The position numbers were made by a program, and so were the translations under genes. The notes below the pieces were generated by a model. It saw nothing but the letters and a program-made list of their open reading frames with translations. It did no database searches and was not told where the DNA came from. DNA of 64,000 nt from assembly GCA_963749495.1 (NCBI GenBank), contig CAVVMW010000024.1:32001-96000 (forward strand), in the 5' to 3' direction. Origin of the DNA: an uncultured bacterium. GTDB taxonomy: Bacteria; Verrucomicrobiota; Verrucomicrobiia; Limisphaerales; UBA8199. Below, piece after piece: positions 47,761-57,346 of this stretch. Numbering within the stretch: position 1 is the first letter of the stretch; each line of letters opens with the position of its first letter.

Positions 47761-48538
47761 GACCGCGCGCAAGCCGCAGCCCGGTGGCTTTACGCTCATC
47801 GAACTGCTGGTCGTCATTGCCATCCTGGGCATCCTGGCCGCGCTGTTGCTGCCGGCCCTGGCCCGTTCCAAGAGCAAAGCCGAGGCCGCCACGTGCGCCA
47901 ACAACCTCAAGCAACTCCACCTGGCCTGGGTCCTCTATGCCGAGGACAACGCGGACCTCCTGGTCAACAATCACGGTGTGCCCGAGACCCTGGCCCGGCG
48001 CCAGACCTGGGCCAATAACGTCGAGGACTGGATGGCCGACGACGACAACACGAACCTGGTCTTCCTGACGGACTCGAAGCTGGGGCCGTTCGCCAGCCGC
48101 TCCGCCAGGATCTACAAGTGCCCGGCCGACCGCGTGCCGGCGCCCAACGGGGACCGCATCCGCAGCATGTCCATGAACTCATTGGTGGGCAACCCGGGCG
48201 AGTTGACCAACCGCTTCAATCCCGCTTATGTCCAGTTCTACAAGAACACCGACATCCGAAACCCTTCCGGCATCTTTGTCTTCCTCGACGAGCACGCCGA
48301 CACCATCAACGACGGGTTCTTCGTGAATGTCCTGGACCAGATGGCCTGGGGCAACCTGCCCGCCTCCTACCACAACGGCGCCGGCAACTTTACTTTCGCC
48401 GACGGCCACCTCGAACGGCACCGCTGGCAGGTCGGGTCCACTATCCGCCCCGTCCAAAAGGCCCGCATCCCCTCCTTCGCCGCAAACCCGTCCACGGATT
48501 TCGATTGGCTCAAGGCCCGGGCCAGTTACAGGAAATAG
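47705..48538 (+). CDS. Prepilin-type N-terminal cleavage/methylation domain protein with H-X9-DG motif
   Basis: [44 protein letters not shown]. Confidence 0.9.
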   Translation: MNHPRNPEPQSGTWACCPKTARKPQPGGFTLIELLVVIAILGILAALLLPALARSKSKAEAATCANNLKQLHLAWVLYAEDNADLLVNNHGVPETLARRQTWANNVEDWMADDDNTNLVFLTDSKLGPFASRSARIYKCPADRVPAPNGDRIRSMSMNSLVGNPGELTNRFNPAYVQFYKNTDIRNPSGIFVFLDEHADTINDGFFVNVLDQMAWGNLPASYHNGAGNFTFADGHLERHRWQVGSTIRPVQKARIPSFAANPSTDFDWLKARASYRK

Positions 48539-48896
48539 GGGCCAGCAGGTTGGCCTGGCCAGGCACCACGCAGCGGGCCCGCTCCGCGCGCGCAAATTCC
48601 GAGAGCACTTCCGCCACGTAATCTGCCACCGCCCGCTCCCGGATGTCCGAGCGCCGGAAGACGTGCCGCACCAGGATGTAAAAGTAAAAACGGGTCGAGA
48701 CCCGCAGACAGCCCCGGCGCTCGAGTAACGCGTGGAAGAGGGCCTCATCGTCCAGAATCACATCCCGTGACTCCTCCTCTGCCAACAGCTTCACCAGACA
48801 CTCCGCCGTCCCCGTCTTCGGGCCAAGCACCGACAGGATAAAATCGATGTCTTCAGCCGCGAACTGGACCCGGCAGTTCGGTTGAATCATTTTCAT
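48510..48896 (-). CDS. Conserved hypothetical protein, possibly 3'-truncated
   Basis: [10 protein letters not shown]...[11 protein letters not shown]...[12 protein letters not shown]; last codons overlap the convergent prepilin gene. Confidence 0.6.
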   Translation of the reverse strand: MKMIQPNCRVQFAAEDIDFILSVLGPKTGTAECLVKLLAEEESRDVILDDEALFHALLERRGCLRVSTRFYFYILVRHVFRRSDIRERAVADYVAEVLSEFARAERARCVVPGQANLLAPISCNWPGP

Positions 48897-50131
48897 CGTC
48901 TGCTCTGCTGCGATTTCGACGAATCACCCGGTTGCGCCTGCCTGCCGGCGCCCTGCCCGCCCTGATTCGGGTTATGCCGAGTGTATCGCACCGCCTGGTC
49001 CATGAAAAGTCCATCTTTTCGCCCGATTGTCCATGGGGCGCATCGCGACATTGCTGCAGGGCTGCAGCCGCTGCCTGCCACGAGCAGTTTCCGCTGCCAG
49101 ACCATGAGGTCGTCCTGGTGTTTGTCCCAATTGTGGGCCAGGTCGGAGAGCATGGCGCGGCTGGCGATGAGAGTGGGGTCGATGCCGAGTCTGGCGGCCT
49201 GGGCATCCCGGCGGGCCTGGAGGTCCAGGAAACGGCGCCGTTCCCCCTCGCTGGGGCGGCGGCTGATCGAGCGGAGGATTTTCGGGTGTTGTTCGGGGGA
49301 AAGGCCCAGGCCGGCGGCCACTGCCTTGAGCAACCCGCGCCGGCGCCGCTCGCTCAGGTGCCGGGGCAGGAACGGCTCGACGGGCCGGGCGGTGGCGGCC
49401 GCGGCGGCGATGTCCACCAGTGCCTGGTGGCTCAGGATGAAAAAGGGCGGCTTGTTGGCGGCCAGGGCCTCGGTCTGCCGCCACCGCCATGACTCGCGCA
49501 AGATGGCCAGGGCAGGCCGGCCCAGCAGGTGGCTGCCCTTGATGCGCCAGACCGAGTCCATGTCTGCCGGGCGCTCGCGAGTGGAATCCGCGATGAGCCG
49601 GGCGCAGGATTCCTGGTGCCAGTTCAGCCGCCCCATCGTTTGCAATTCCGCCCTGAGCCGGTCTGCCAGCGGTTTGAGATAGCGGGTGTCATTGCGCGCA
49701 TACCGCTCCATGCGTTCGGTCAGCGGGCGCAAGGCCCAATTGGCCTTTTGCGGCCCTTTCTCGAGCCTGGCGCCCAGGTATTTCTCGACCAGGCAGCTCA
49801 GGCCGAACTGGCGGTGGCCCAGGAGGCGGGCCGCCAGCATGGTGTCGAAGATGGAGGCGGGGACGAAGTCATGGTGTTTGCGCAGCAACCGCAGATCGTA
49901 ATCCGCCCCGTGCACGAGCAATTCGTGCCCGGTGAGCGTCTCCAGCAACTCCCCCAGGTCCAGCCCTGCCAGAGGGTCGATAAGCCGGTCCCCGGAAACG
50001 GTGCTGATCTGTATCAGGCATACCTTTTCCGGGTAAGCGTGCAGGCTGTCTGCCTCGGTGTCCACCGCCACCCACGTTGCCGCCCGCAAGACCGGCAGAA
50101 AAGCAGCCAGCCTCTCTTGCGTATCAACCAC
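48893..50131 (-). CDS. rnd: Ribonuclease D-like 3'-5' exonuclease with HRDC domain
   Basis: AVDTEADSLH, HGADYD, FDTMLAA, NWALRPL...YARND; GTG 50131 is 6 nt after TATAAT. Confidence 0.88.
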   Translation of the reverse strand: MVDTQERLAAFLPVLRAATWVAVDTEADSLHAYPEKVCLIQISTVSGDRLIDPLAGLDLGELLETLTGHELLVHGADYDLRLLRKHHDFVPASIFDTMLAARLLGHRQFGLSCLVEKYLGARLEKGPQKANWALRPLTERMERYARNDTRYLKPLADRLRAELQTMGRLNWHQESCARLIADSTRERPADMDSVWRIKGSHLLGRPALAILRESWRWRQTEALAANKPPFFILSHQALVDIAAAAATARPVEPFLPRHLSERRRRGLLKAVAAGLGLSPEQHPKILRSISRRPSEGERRRFLDLQARRDAQAARLGIDPTLIASRAMLSDLAHNWDKHQDDLMVWQRKLLVAGSGCSPAAMSRCAPWTIGRKDGLFMDQAVRYTRHNPNQGGQGAGRQAQPGDSSKSQQSRR

Positions 50132-50225
50132 GAGAAAATTATAGGGGTGCTGCTCTAAAAGAGCCATAGGAAAAGCGGGGCAGCCCGAACCGGGCGGCAA
50201 ATCGAACCGGGCGAGGCCCGCCTGG

Positions 50226-50320
50226 CGCGAAGCGTTTTGGACTGCGCCAGTCCTCTGCCGCTTTTCCAACCCCAGCGCGCACGAAAGCGGCAGAGGACTG
50301 CCGCAGTCCAAAACCTTGCG
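50226..50320. repeat. REP doublet, GGACTGCG family (opposite orientation)
   Basis: Between divergent rnd and acyl-CoA ligase genes; followed by CGGTTCATGG. Confidence 0.9.
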
Positions 50321-50413
50321 GGCTTGGCGACGGTTCATGGAGAGGGGAAACCCGGCGGTCAAATCCGCGCTGGGTCTTGCGGATGGGCCGGTCTTATCCG
50401 TAATATGCCGGGG

Positions 50414-51901
50414 ATGAATCTAGCCGGCGCCTTTGCAGAATCTGTCCAACGGCATCCGGGGAAGAGCGCGTTATGCTGGGGCGAGCGCGAATACTCGTAT
50501 TCGGAGTTGTGGGACCTGACGTGCTTGGTCTCCGGCCAACTGAAGCGGCACTACGCGGTCAAGCCGGGGGATCGGGTGGGGCTCTGGCTCAAGAACTGCC
50601 CCGAGTTCATCCCGGCCTTGCTGGGAATCCTCCATGCCGGCGCTGTGGCCGTGCCCATCAACAACTTTCTCAAGACCGACGAGGTGAACTTTATCGTGGG
50701 CGATGCCGGCATCGATGTGCTCATCACCGACGAGGAGTTGGGTTCCCATTTCCGGGCCCTGGCCGCCGCGCGCCCGCAATTGCGGCTGCTCCAGGCCCAG
50801 GAGGCGGCAATCCGGGGACACGCCCCCGGCGGCAGGAGCCAACCCCGGCACACGGGGGACCTGGCCGTGCTGATTTACACCTCCGGCACCACCGGGCGTC
50901 CCAAGGGGGCGATGCTCTCCCACGGCAACCTCCTGCACAACGTCGAGAGCTGCCGTATCGTGCTGCAGACGGTGGAGGCCGACCGTTTTGTGGTCCTGCT
51001 GCCGTTGTTTCACAGCTACATGCTGACGGTGGGGCTGCTGTTGCCTTTGGTGGTGGGGGGCTCGATCGTCCTGGTCAAGTCGGTCCACCCCGTCAGGAAC
51101 GTCCTCCAGGAGATCCTCCAGCGGCAGGCCACGGTCCTGCCTGCCATACCGCAATTTTACCGGAGCATGGCCAACGCCCCCATCCAGGGTCCTTTGCCCT
51201 TGCGCGTCTGCGTGAGCGGGGCAGCCCCGCTGCCGAGGCAGATCCTCCACGATTTCGAGGCCCGGTTTCAAATCCCGCTCATCGAGGGCTATGGGCTGAG
51301 CGAGGCCAGCCCCGTGGTCACCAAGAACCCCTTGGACCGCACTCGCAAGGCGGGGTCCATCGGCTTGCCCATCGCCCATGTCGAGGTCAGCATCCAGGAC
51401 GATGCCGGGCGGTTGCTGGAGGACTACCAGGTGGGGGAACTCTGCGTGAGGGGCGGCAACGTCATGCTCGGCTATTGGAACCAGCCCGAGGAGACCGCCA
51501 AGGCCATGCGCGGGGACTGGCTCCTGACCGGCGACCTCGGCTACCGCGATGCCGAGGGCTACTATTTCATCACCGACCGCAAGAAGGACATGCTCCTGGT
51601 CAATGGCATCAACGTCTATCCCCGCGAGATCGAGGAGGTCCTCTACCAGTTTCCGGGCGTCAAAGAGGCCGCCGTCATCGGCAAGGCCGATTCCCGCAGG
51701 GGCGAACAACCGGTGGCTTTCGTCGCGCCCGAGGAGGGGACGCTCCTGGAGGAAAAGACCCTCCTCCAGTTCGTGCGCAAGCGGTTGGCCGACTATAAAG
51801 TCCCTCGAAAGGTCCTCTTTCTGCCCGCCTTGCCCCGGAACGCCACGGGCAAGATCCTCAAGACCTCGCTGAGACTGATGCCGGTGCCGACAGAGGGCTA
51901 A
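50414..51901 (+). CDS. Long-chain fatty-acid--CoA ligase (FadD-like)
   Basis: YTSGTTGRPKG, EGYGLSE, TGDLG, YKVPR, RNATGK. Confidence 0.92.
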   Translation: MNLAGAFAESVQRHPGKSALCWGEREYSYSELWDLTCLVSGQLKRHYAVKPGDRVGLWLKNCPEFIPALLGILHAGAVAVPINNFLKTDEVNFIVGDAGIDVLITDEELGSHFRALAAARPQLRLLQAQEAAIRGHAPGGRSQPRHTGDLAVLIYTSGTTGRPKGAMLSHGNLLHNVESCRIVLQTVEADRFVVLLPLFHSYMLTVGLLLPLVVGGSIVLVKSVHPVRNVLQEILQRQATVLPAIPQFYRSMANAPIQGPLPLRVCVSGAAPLPRQILHDFEARFQIPLIEGYGLSEASPVVTKNPLDRTRKAGSIGLPIAHVEVSIQDDAGRLLEDYQVGELCVRGGNVMLGYWNQPEETAKAMRGDWLLTGDLGYRDAEGYYFITDRKKDMLLVNGINVYPREIEEVLYQFPGVKEAAVIGKADSRRGEQPVAFVAPEEGTLLEEKTLLQFVRKRLADYKVPRKVLFLPALPRNATGKILKTSLRLMPVPTEG

Positions 51902-52185
51902 ATCGAGACAACCAACTTTGCGACAAAGGATGTGCCGATCTTGCAAGGCTGGGCGTAAGCGCAGGGCAAGATCCGGTCCACAAGCGCCGTCCTGGCATTG
52001 GTTTTGCCTCGGATTTGATCAAGAATCGGTCTTTTGGCCTGGCTTTGGCCGGATTATTGCTCTCGGGGAGGGCGGTTCAGGTCCTGGGCCTGCCTTTTCG
52101 CTGTTGACGCTGATTGGAGCGGCCCCCTAAGCTAATGCCAGTAACTGCTCCGGCGCATGAAGCCCCGGCGCGGCAAATGTTTTCT

Positions 52186-52413
52186 ATGCCTGAAGGATAC
52201 TGCGTCAAGTGCAAGGCCAAGAAGGAAATCGTGAACGGCGTCGAAGAGACGATGAAGAACGGGCGCAAGGCCATCAAGGGCAAGTGCCCGACCTGCGGCA
52301 CGGTGATGTTCAAGATCCTCGGGGGCAAGGCCGCCGCTGCCCCTAGCGCGCCGGAGCCCGTTGCGCCGCAGCCGGCCACGACAGAACCGGCCAAGCCCAC
52401 GACAATGCCATGA
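52186..52413 (+). CDS. Small Zn-ribbon protein (DUF5679-like)
   Basis: YCVKCKAKKE...MKNGR.A.KGKCPTCGT.MFKI; TTGACG-N17-TAAGCT upstream. Confidence 0.85.
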   Translation: MPEGYCVKCKAKKEIVNGVEETMKNGRKAIKGKCPTCGTVMFKILGGKAAAAPSAPEPVAPQPATTEPAKPTTMP

Positions 52414-52419
52414 TGTGCT

Positions 52420-53592
52420 ATGTCTGAGGAACTTGCCTATGTCATCATTACCCCCTACTCGCTGCACAAGTCGCGGACCGGGGGGATACTGAGCCGGCTG
52501 ATTACGCGGACGGGCCTCGAGTTGGCGGGGGCGCGGATGTTCGGGCCGAGCGCCGAGCTGGTCAAACGTTACTCGGATGAGACGATTTCGGCCAACGACC
52601 CGCAGGACCGGCGCATCCAGGAGTTGATCTACCAGGTACATCCTGCGCAACCTGAGCCCGGACCCCAAGAGCGGCCGCAGACGGCGCGTCATGATGCTGC
52701 TGTTCCGGGGGGAAGACGCGGTGCGCAAGACCCGCTCGGTCATCGGCAATATCAGCGCCGAGCGGCGGGGCGGCGAGACTATCCGCGATACCTACGGCGA
52801 CCTGATGATTGACGAAAACGACCAGGTCCGTTACTTCGAACCAGCGGTCCTGGCCGCCCCCACCCCGGCGGAGGCTGAATCCAAGCTCAAGCTCTGGGCG
52901 CACTACTCGGACACCGACGGCGGTGTGCTGGAAAACGTCATCGCCTATCAGCCCGGCGAGAAGCCCCAGCGCACCCTGGTCCTCATCAAACCGGAGAACT
53001 TCCGTTTCCCCACGGGCCTGCCCGGGAACATGATCGATTTCTTTTCCCGCTCCGGCCTGTTCATCGTGGCCGTCAAGGTCCATCGCATGAGCGTGGCCGA
53101 GGCCGTCGAGTTCTACGGTCCCGTCCGCGAGACCCTGCGGACCAAGCTCAAGGACGTGGTTGCCGCCAAGGCCAAATCCGCCATCGAGAAAGAACTGGGC
53201 TTCAAGCTCGGCCCCGGCAGGAACAACAATTGGGCGACCTCCTTGGCCCCTCGTTTGGGGACAACCAGTTCGAGAACATCGTCCGCTTCATGTCCGGCCG
53301 CGCCCCCTCCGAATGCCCCCGGGGCGAGCAGGGCCGTCCAGGTTCCGAGAAGTGCATCGCCCTGGTCTATGAAGGCGTCGAGGCCGTCCGCAAAATCCGC
53401 GATATCCTCGGTCCCACCGACCCCTCCAAGGCGCCCCCTGGCTCGATCCGGCGCGAGTTCGGCCAGACCGTCATGGTCAACGCCGCCCACGCCAGCGACT
53501 CGCAGGACAACGCCCGCCGCGAAATGGACATTATCAAGGTCGGCGAGAACCACTTCCGCCAGATCGTCGAGGAGTTTTACGGGAAGGTGTAG
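52420..53592 (+). CDS. ndk: Long-form nucleoside diphosphate kinase with duplicated NDK fold; compensating frameshifts near 52635 and 53216
   Basis: Three ORFs join: GGETIRDTYG; QRTLVLIKP; LGPTDPSKAPPGSIRREFG...NAAHASDS. Confidence 0.8.
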
Positions 53593-53622
53593 CGCGGCTC
53601 CGGCCCTTTGGGCCGGCAGAAC

Positions 53623-53728
53623 CTAGCCCAGGGCTGAGGCCGCCAGGCCGATGCCCTGGGACCATGCCCCCGGAAGATTCGGCGCCCCTGAAGGGGCGCC
53701 AGAGCCCTCTGGCGCCCCTTCAGGGCGC
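53623..53728. repeat. Partial tri-hairpin REP cluster (CGCCCTGAAGGGGCG family)
   Basis: tagcccagggc...gccctggg; cgcccctgaaggggcg; cgccccttcagggcg. Confidence 0.65.
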
Positions 53729-53774
53729 ACGGCCCCGGTTTGACGTGAATGTTCATGCGGGGTCAACGTTGAGC

Positions 53775-54413
53775 TTTGTCCCGGAGGGACATCCCGAGAA
53801 TAGCCCGGCGCTTCAGCGCCGGGTACGATGCCCAAAAAACCCGCGTCCCGAAAGGGACGCCTGAAGCTCAGTCCCATAAATACCGCTCATCGTACTCGAT
53901 GCGATGCTTCTTGAGCATGGCCAGAAATTCCTCCTGGAATGTCCTGCGCCGATGGTGCTGCTCCTGGCCTTGGATGTAGCGAATAGTTTTGTCCAATACC
54001 GACACGCTCACGCTGAAGGCGCCAGACTTCTCCTGCCATTGGAAGCGCCGGTGCTCCGGGAAGCTCTCATGCACCCATCTTGAGGAGGCGCCCTTAAGGA
54101 GTTGGAGGGCTTGGGCCATCGAGAGGGTCGCGGGAAGCGACAGCAGGATATGGACGTGATCGGGCGTGCCGCCAATCTCGATGGCTTTCATCCGGTTCTG
54201 ACGGGCGATGCCGCCCAGGAAGGGCCAGAGCCGTTCCCGTAGCTCGGGCGTGATCAGGGGGCGCCGTTCCTTCGTGCTGAAAACGCAATGCAGCCAGGAG
54301 CTGATGTATGACACGCGGCTGATTCAACCGTCCCTTCGGGACGGAAGCAACACTAAAGGGGCTGTCCCGGCGCTGAAGCGCCGGGCTATTTTCAGGTGTC
54401 CCTCCGGGACAAA
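53775..54413. mobile_element. REP-flanked Y1 transposase locus (RAYT/IS200-like)
   Basis: Inverted tri-hairpin arms 53775-53859 and 54329-54413 flanking the transposase. Confidence 0.85.
53868..54314 (-). CDS. tnpA: IS200/IS605-superfamily Y1 (HUH) transposase, REP-associated type
   Basis: HCVFSTKERRP, DHVHILL (HUH), LKGASS, WQ...GAFSVS, YIQGQEQHH. Confidence 0.9.
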   Translation of the reverse strand: MSYISSWLHCVFSTKERRPLITPELRERLWPFLGGIARQNRMKAIEIGGTPDHVHILLSLPATLSMAQALQLLKGASSRWVHESFPEHRRFQWQEKSGAFSVSVSVLDKTIRYIQGQEQHHRRRTFQEEFLAMLKKHRIEYDERYLWD

Positions 54414-54523
54414 ATCCCCTAGTCGCACGTCCGACACTTTTAATCGCACCCGCTCCTGGCACATCATGAACCAAGCATGAAGCGTTGGACGACTGCGGTA
54501 CGGCGGTGGCGGAAACTACTTTG

Positions 54524-54946
54524 TCAACAGCCCTCCCTCCAGAGGCGGGGATCGGCGCGGAGCGTCTCGATCAGCCTGGCATCGGCGGCGGGAAAGGCGT
54601 AGTTGGCTAGTTCGTCGGGGCCAATCCATCTGAAATCGGAGCAATCCAGCGGCTGCGGCTCGCGGGCCGTCAGGGTGCAGCGATAGAACCGCAGGTGCAC
54701 GGTCTTGCCGGGGTAGGCATGGGTCAGGCTCTGGACCAACTCCCCGACGGCGACCTCGATGCCCAGTTCCTCCCGCAACTCGCGTCCCAGGCAGGCCTCG
54801 AAGGTCTCGCCCGCCTCGCGTTTGCCGCCCGGGAATTCCCACAGCCAGCCCAAGTGCGCCTCCCGGTGGCGCTGCGTGATGAGCAGCTTGCCGCGGCGGA
54901 AGACCAGGCCGGCGGCGACCTGGATGGGCTGGGGAGAAGATGGCAT
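54524..54946 (-). CDS. mutT: MutT/NUDIX 8-oxo-dGTP diphosphatase
   Basis: LWEFPGGKREAGETFEACLGRELREELGI; FPAAD. Confidence 0.88.
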   Translation of the reverse strand: MPSSPQPIQVAAGLVFRRGKLLITQRHREAHLGWLWEFPGGKREAGETFEACLGRELREELGIEVAVGELVQSLTHAYPGKTVHLRFYRCTLTAREPQPLDCSDFRWIGPDELANYAFPAADARLIETLRADPRLWREGC

Positions 54947-55019
54947 TGTGTTGAATTCCTTAACTGCTGCGACCAAGCTGCTTGCCGGCCGCCAAGACCC
55001 TCGGGCGCGGCAAATCGAA

Positions 55020-55047
55020 AATAGCCAATGGCCAATAGCCAATGGCC
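55020..55047. repeat. Heptamer repeat (AATAGCC/AATGGCC) x4
   Basis: Same unit family as 10401-10468. Confidence 0.8.
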
Positions 55048-55073
55048 GAGGGGCGCACGTCAGTCCTTGGGGT

Positions 55074-56369
55074 TCAGGCGCCTCGCCCGATGCTCTTGTA
55101 AATGAAGCCCAACCGCTCCATCTCGGCGGGGTCGAAGAGGTTGCGTCCGTCAAAGAGGATCGGGTGGGTCAGTGTCTTGCGGGCGCGCTCCAGGTCGAGT
55201 TTCTTGAACTGTTCCCACTCCGTTGCGATGACCAGGGCATCGCAGCCCTCGGCGACCTGGTTCATGTCCGGGACAAAGGTGACCTCGCGCAGGAGGGTCC
55301 TGGCCTTGTCCATGGCCTTGGGGTCGTGGACGCGCAGGTGGGCGCCCTCCTTTTGGAGGCGGTGGCAAAGCTCGACGGCGGGGGACATCCGGATGTCGTC
55401 GGTGTTTTGCTTGAACGCCAGGCCCAGGACGCCGAGGGTTTTGTCCTTGAGCACCCAGAGTGTGTCGGCGATCTTCTTGACGAACCGGTCCATTTGCTGG
55501 GCGTTGACTTTCTGGACCTCTTTGAGCAGCCCGAAATCGTAGCCGACCTGCTCGGCGATCTTGACGAAGGCGCACAAGTCCTTGGGAAAACAGCTCCCGC
55601 CAAACCCCAGCGAGGCCTCCAGGAACCGCCGCCCGATGCGCTCGTCCATGCCCATGCCGTTGGCCACCTCCTGCACATTGGCCCCGGTCGCCTCGCACAG
55701 GACCGAGATCGCGTTGATATAGGAGATTTTCAGCGCCAGGAAGGAGTTGGAGGCGTGCTTGATCAATTCGGCGGAGTTGATATCGGTGACGATAATCGGG
55801 GCCTTGAAGGGGGCGTAGATCTCCTTCATCGCGGGCACCGGCCGCTCCGAACGCACCCCGATCACCACCCGGTCCGGCCGCATCAGGTCCTCGACAGCGA
55901 ACCCTTCCCGGAGAAATTCCGGGTTGCTCACCACATCAAACTCCACCCGGACCTTGCAGTAGCGTTTGATGGTCTCGGCCACCTTGTCGCCGGTGCTGAC
56001 CGGCACGGTGCTCTTGTCCACCACGACCTTGTAGCTCGTCATGGCCCCGGCGATCTCACGGGCGACCTTTTCGATGAAACTCAAATCCACCGAGCCGTCC
56101 GGCATCGGCGGGGTGGGAACCGCGATGAACACCACGTCGGACCTGGCGACGCCCTCGGCGGTGCTGGTGGTGAAACTCAAACGGCCCTCGGCCGTGTTCC
56201 GTTTCACCAACTCCTCGAGGCCGGGCTCGTAAATCGGGATGGCCCCGGCCTGGAGCACGCTCACCTTCTCCGGGTCGTTGTCCACGCACACCACCTGGTG
56301 GCCCACCTCGGCGAAGCAGGCGCCGGTGACCAGACCCACATAACCTGTTCCGATGATCGTCAGTTTCAT
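55074..56369 (-). CDS. ugd: UDP-glucose 6-dehydrogenase
   Basis: GTGYVGL, KSTVPV, NPEFLREG, GFGGSCFPKD, AFKQNTDD. Confidence 0.95.
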   Translation of the reverse strand: MKLTIIGTGYVGLVTGACFAEVGHQVVCVDNDPEKVSVLQAGAIPIYEPGLEELVKRNTAEGRLSFTTSTAEGVARSDVVFIAVPTPPMPDGSVDLSFIEKVAREIAGAMTSYKVVVDKSTVPVSTGDKVAETIKRYCKVRVEFDVVSNPEFLREGFAVEDLMRPDRVVIGVRSERPVPAMKEIYAPFKAPIIVTDINSAELIKHASNSFLALKISYINAISVLCEATGANVQEVANGMGMDERIGRRFLEASLGFGGSCFPKDLCAFVKIAEQVGYDFGLLKEVQKVNAQQMDRFVKKIADTLWVLKDKTLGVLGLAFKQNTDDIRMSPAVELCHRLQKEGAHLRVHDPKAMDKARTLLREVTFVPDMNQVAEGCDALVIATEWEQFKKLDLERARKTLTHPILFDGRNLFDPAEMERLGFIYKSIGRGA

Positions 56370-56401
56370 CCTAAATACAGGTGTGAGGATTTGCGCCTGG
56401 G

Positions 56402-57277
56402 CTACTTCTTCCCGGTTGGCTGGGCGGTGTTGGTGGGGGTGATGGCCAGCACCTTGACCGGGGCGTTGGAGACTGGCTTGGTCAGGAGGTTGGCCGGAGC
56501 GTTGGTGGTGGAGGCCCGCTGGAGGGCATTGCTGAGGGCGTTGGGGACAGTGTTGCTGCTGGAGAAGACGTTGAGCGCCGGGCTGGGCGAGGCGGGAACC
56601 GCGGCCGGCGGTGGAGCGGGCGCGAGTTCCGGGTGTTGGTGGAACAGTTCCTGGAGGCGGAGGCCGGCCTCGGAGCTGATTACGCTGCCCCGGACGCGGA
56701 CCAGGTCCTCGTAGATGTTGCGGGCCAGCTCGAGCCGGTTTTGGCCTTCGTAAAGCCGGGCCATCCCGAACTTGGCCTGCAGCGTGACGGGATCGTTGGG
56801 ATGCTGGTTGATGAGGCTATTGTAAGCGGTTATCGCCTCGTTGGTCTTGTGCTGGGCATCCAGGCAGGAGGCAATCCCCAGCAAGGCGCCCGTTTCCATG
56901 GGGCCGCGGCGATGCTCGCGCACGAACCTCTCGAAATCCGCCCTGGCCTCGTCATACTTGCCATCCATAAAAAGATGCGCCGCCCCCAGCAGCATGGCCT
57001 CTGCGCCCCCTTGATAGCCGGGATACCTGGCCGCCACATTCAAATACTGCTGCGCCACCTGCGGCCCTGCCTCCCTCTGGCTGATGAGTTGGGAGACAAA
57101 GACCTCGGACAGCGCCTCGCCGGCCCTGACTTGCTGCTCGCCGTGGCGCCACGCCAGGAACCAGACCACCAGACCCAGCGCCGCCACGGCGGTGCCGCCC
57201 CATAGAGCTTGCTTCTTATTCGTTTCCAGCCAGGCCCACATCCGGAGCAGGCTGGCCATCTGCGTAGCTTCTTGCAT
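56402..57277 (-). CDS. Membrane-anchored TPR protein (YfgM-like)
   Basis: N-terminal TM, TPR helices, low-complexity tail. Confidence 0.8.
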   Translation of the reverse strand: MQEATQMASLLRMWAWLETNKKQALWGGTAVAALGLVVWFLAWRHGEQQVRAGEALSEVFVSQLISQREAGPQVAQQYLNVAARYPGYQGGAEAMLLGAAHLFMDGKYDEARADFERFVREHRRGPMETGALLGIASCLDAQHKTNEAITAYNSLINQHPNDPVTLQAKFGMARLYEGQNRLELARNIYEDLVRVRGSVISSEAGLRLQELFHQHPELAPAPPPAAVPASPSPALNVFSSSNTVPNALSNALQRASTTNAPANLLTKPVSNAPVKVLAITPTNTAQPTGKK

Positions 57278-57346
57278 ATATCGGGCCGTCAATGTCCCGG
57301 CCCCAGGCCAAAAAGGCAAGCGAATACTCAAGCGGACGGTTCAGCC

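Noticed and set aside
50132..50413. N-terminal extensions of rnd and the acyl-CoA ligase in the ORF track
   Set aside because: They are translations of an intergenic REP doublet; promoter boxes place the starts at 50131 and 50414.
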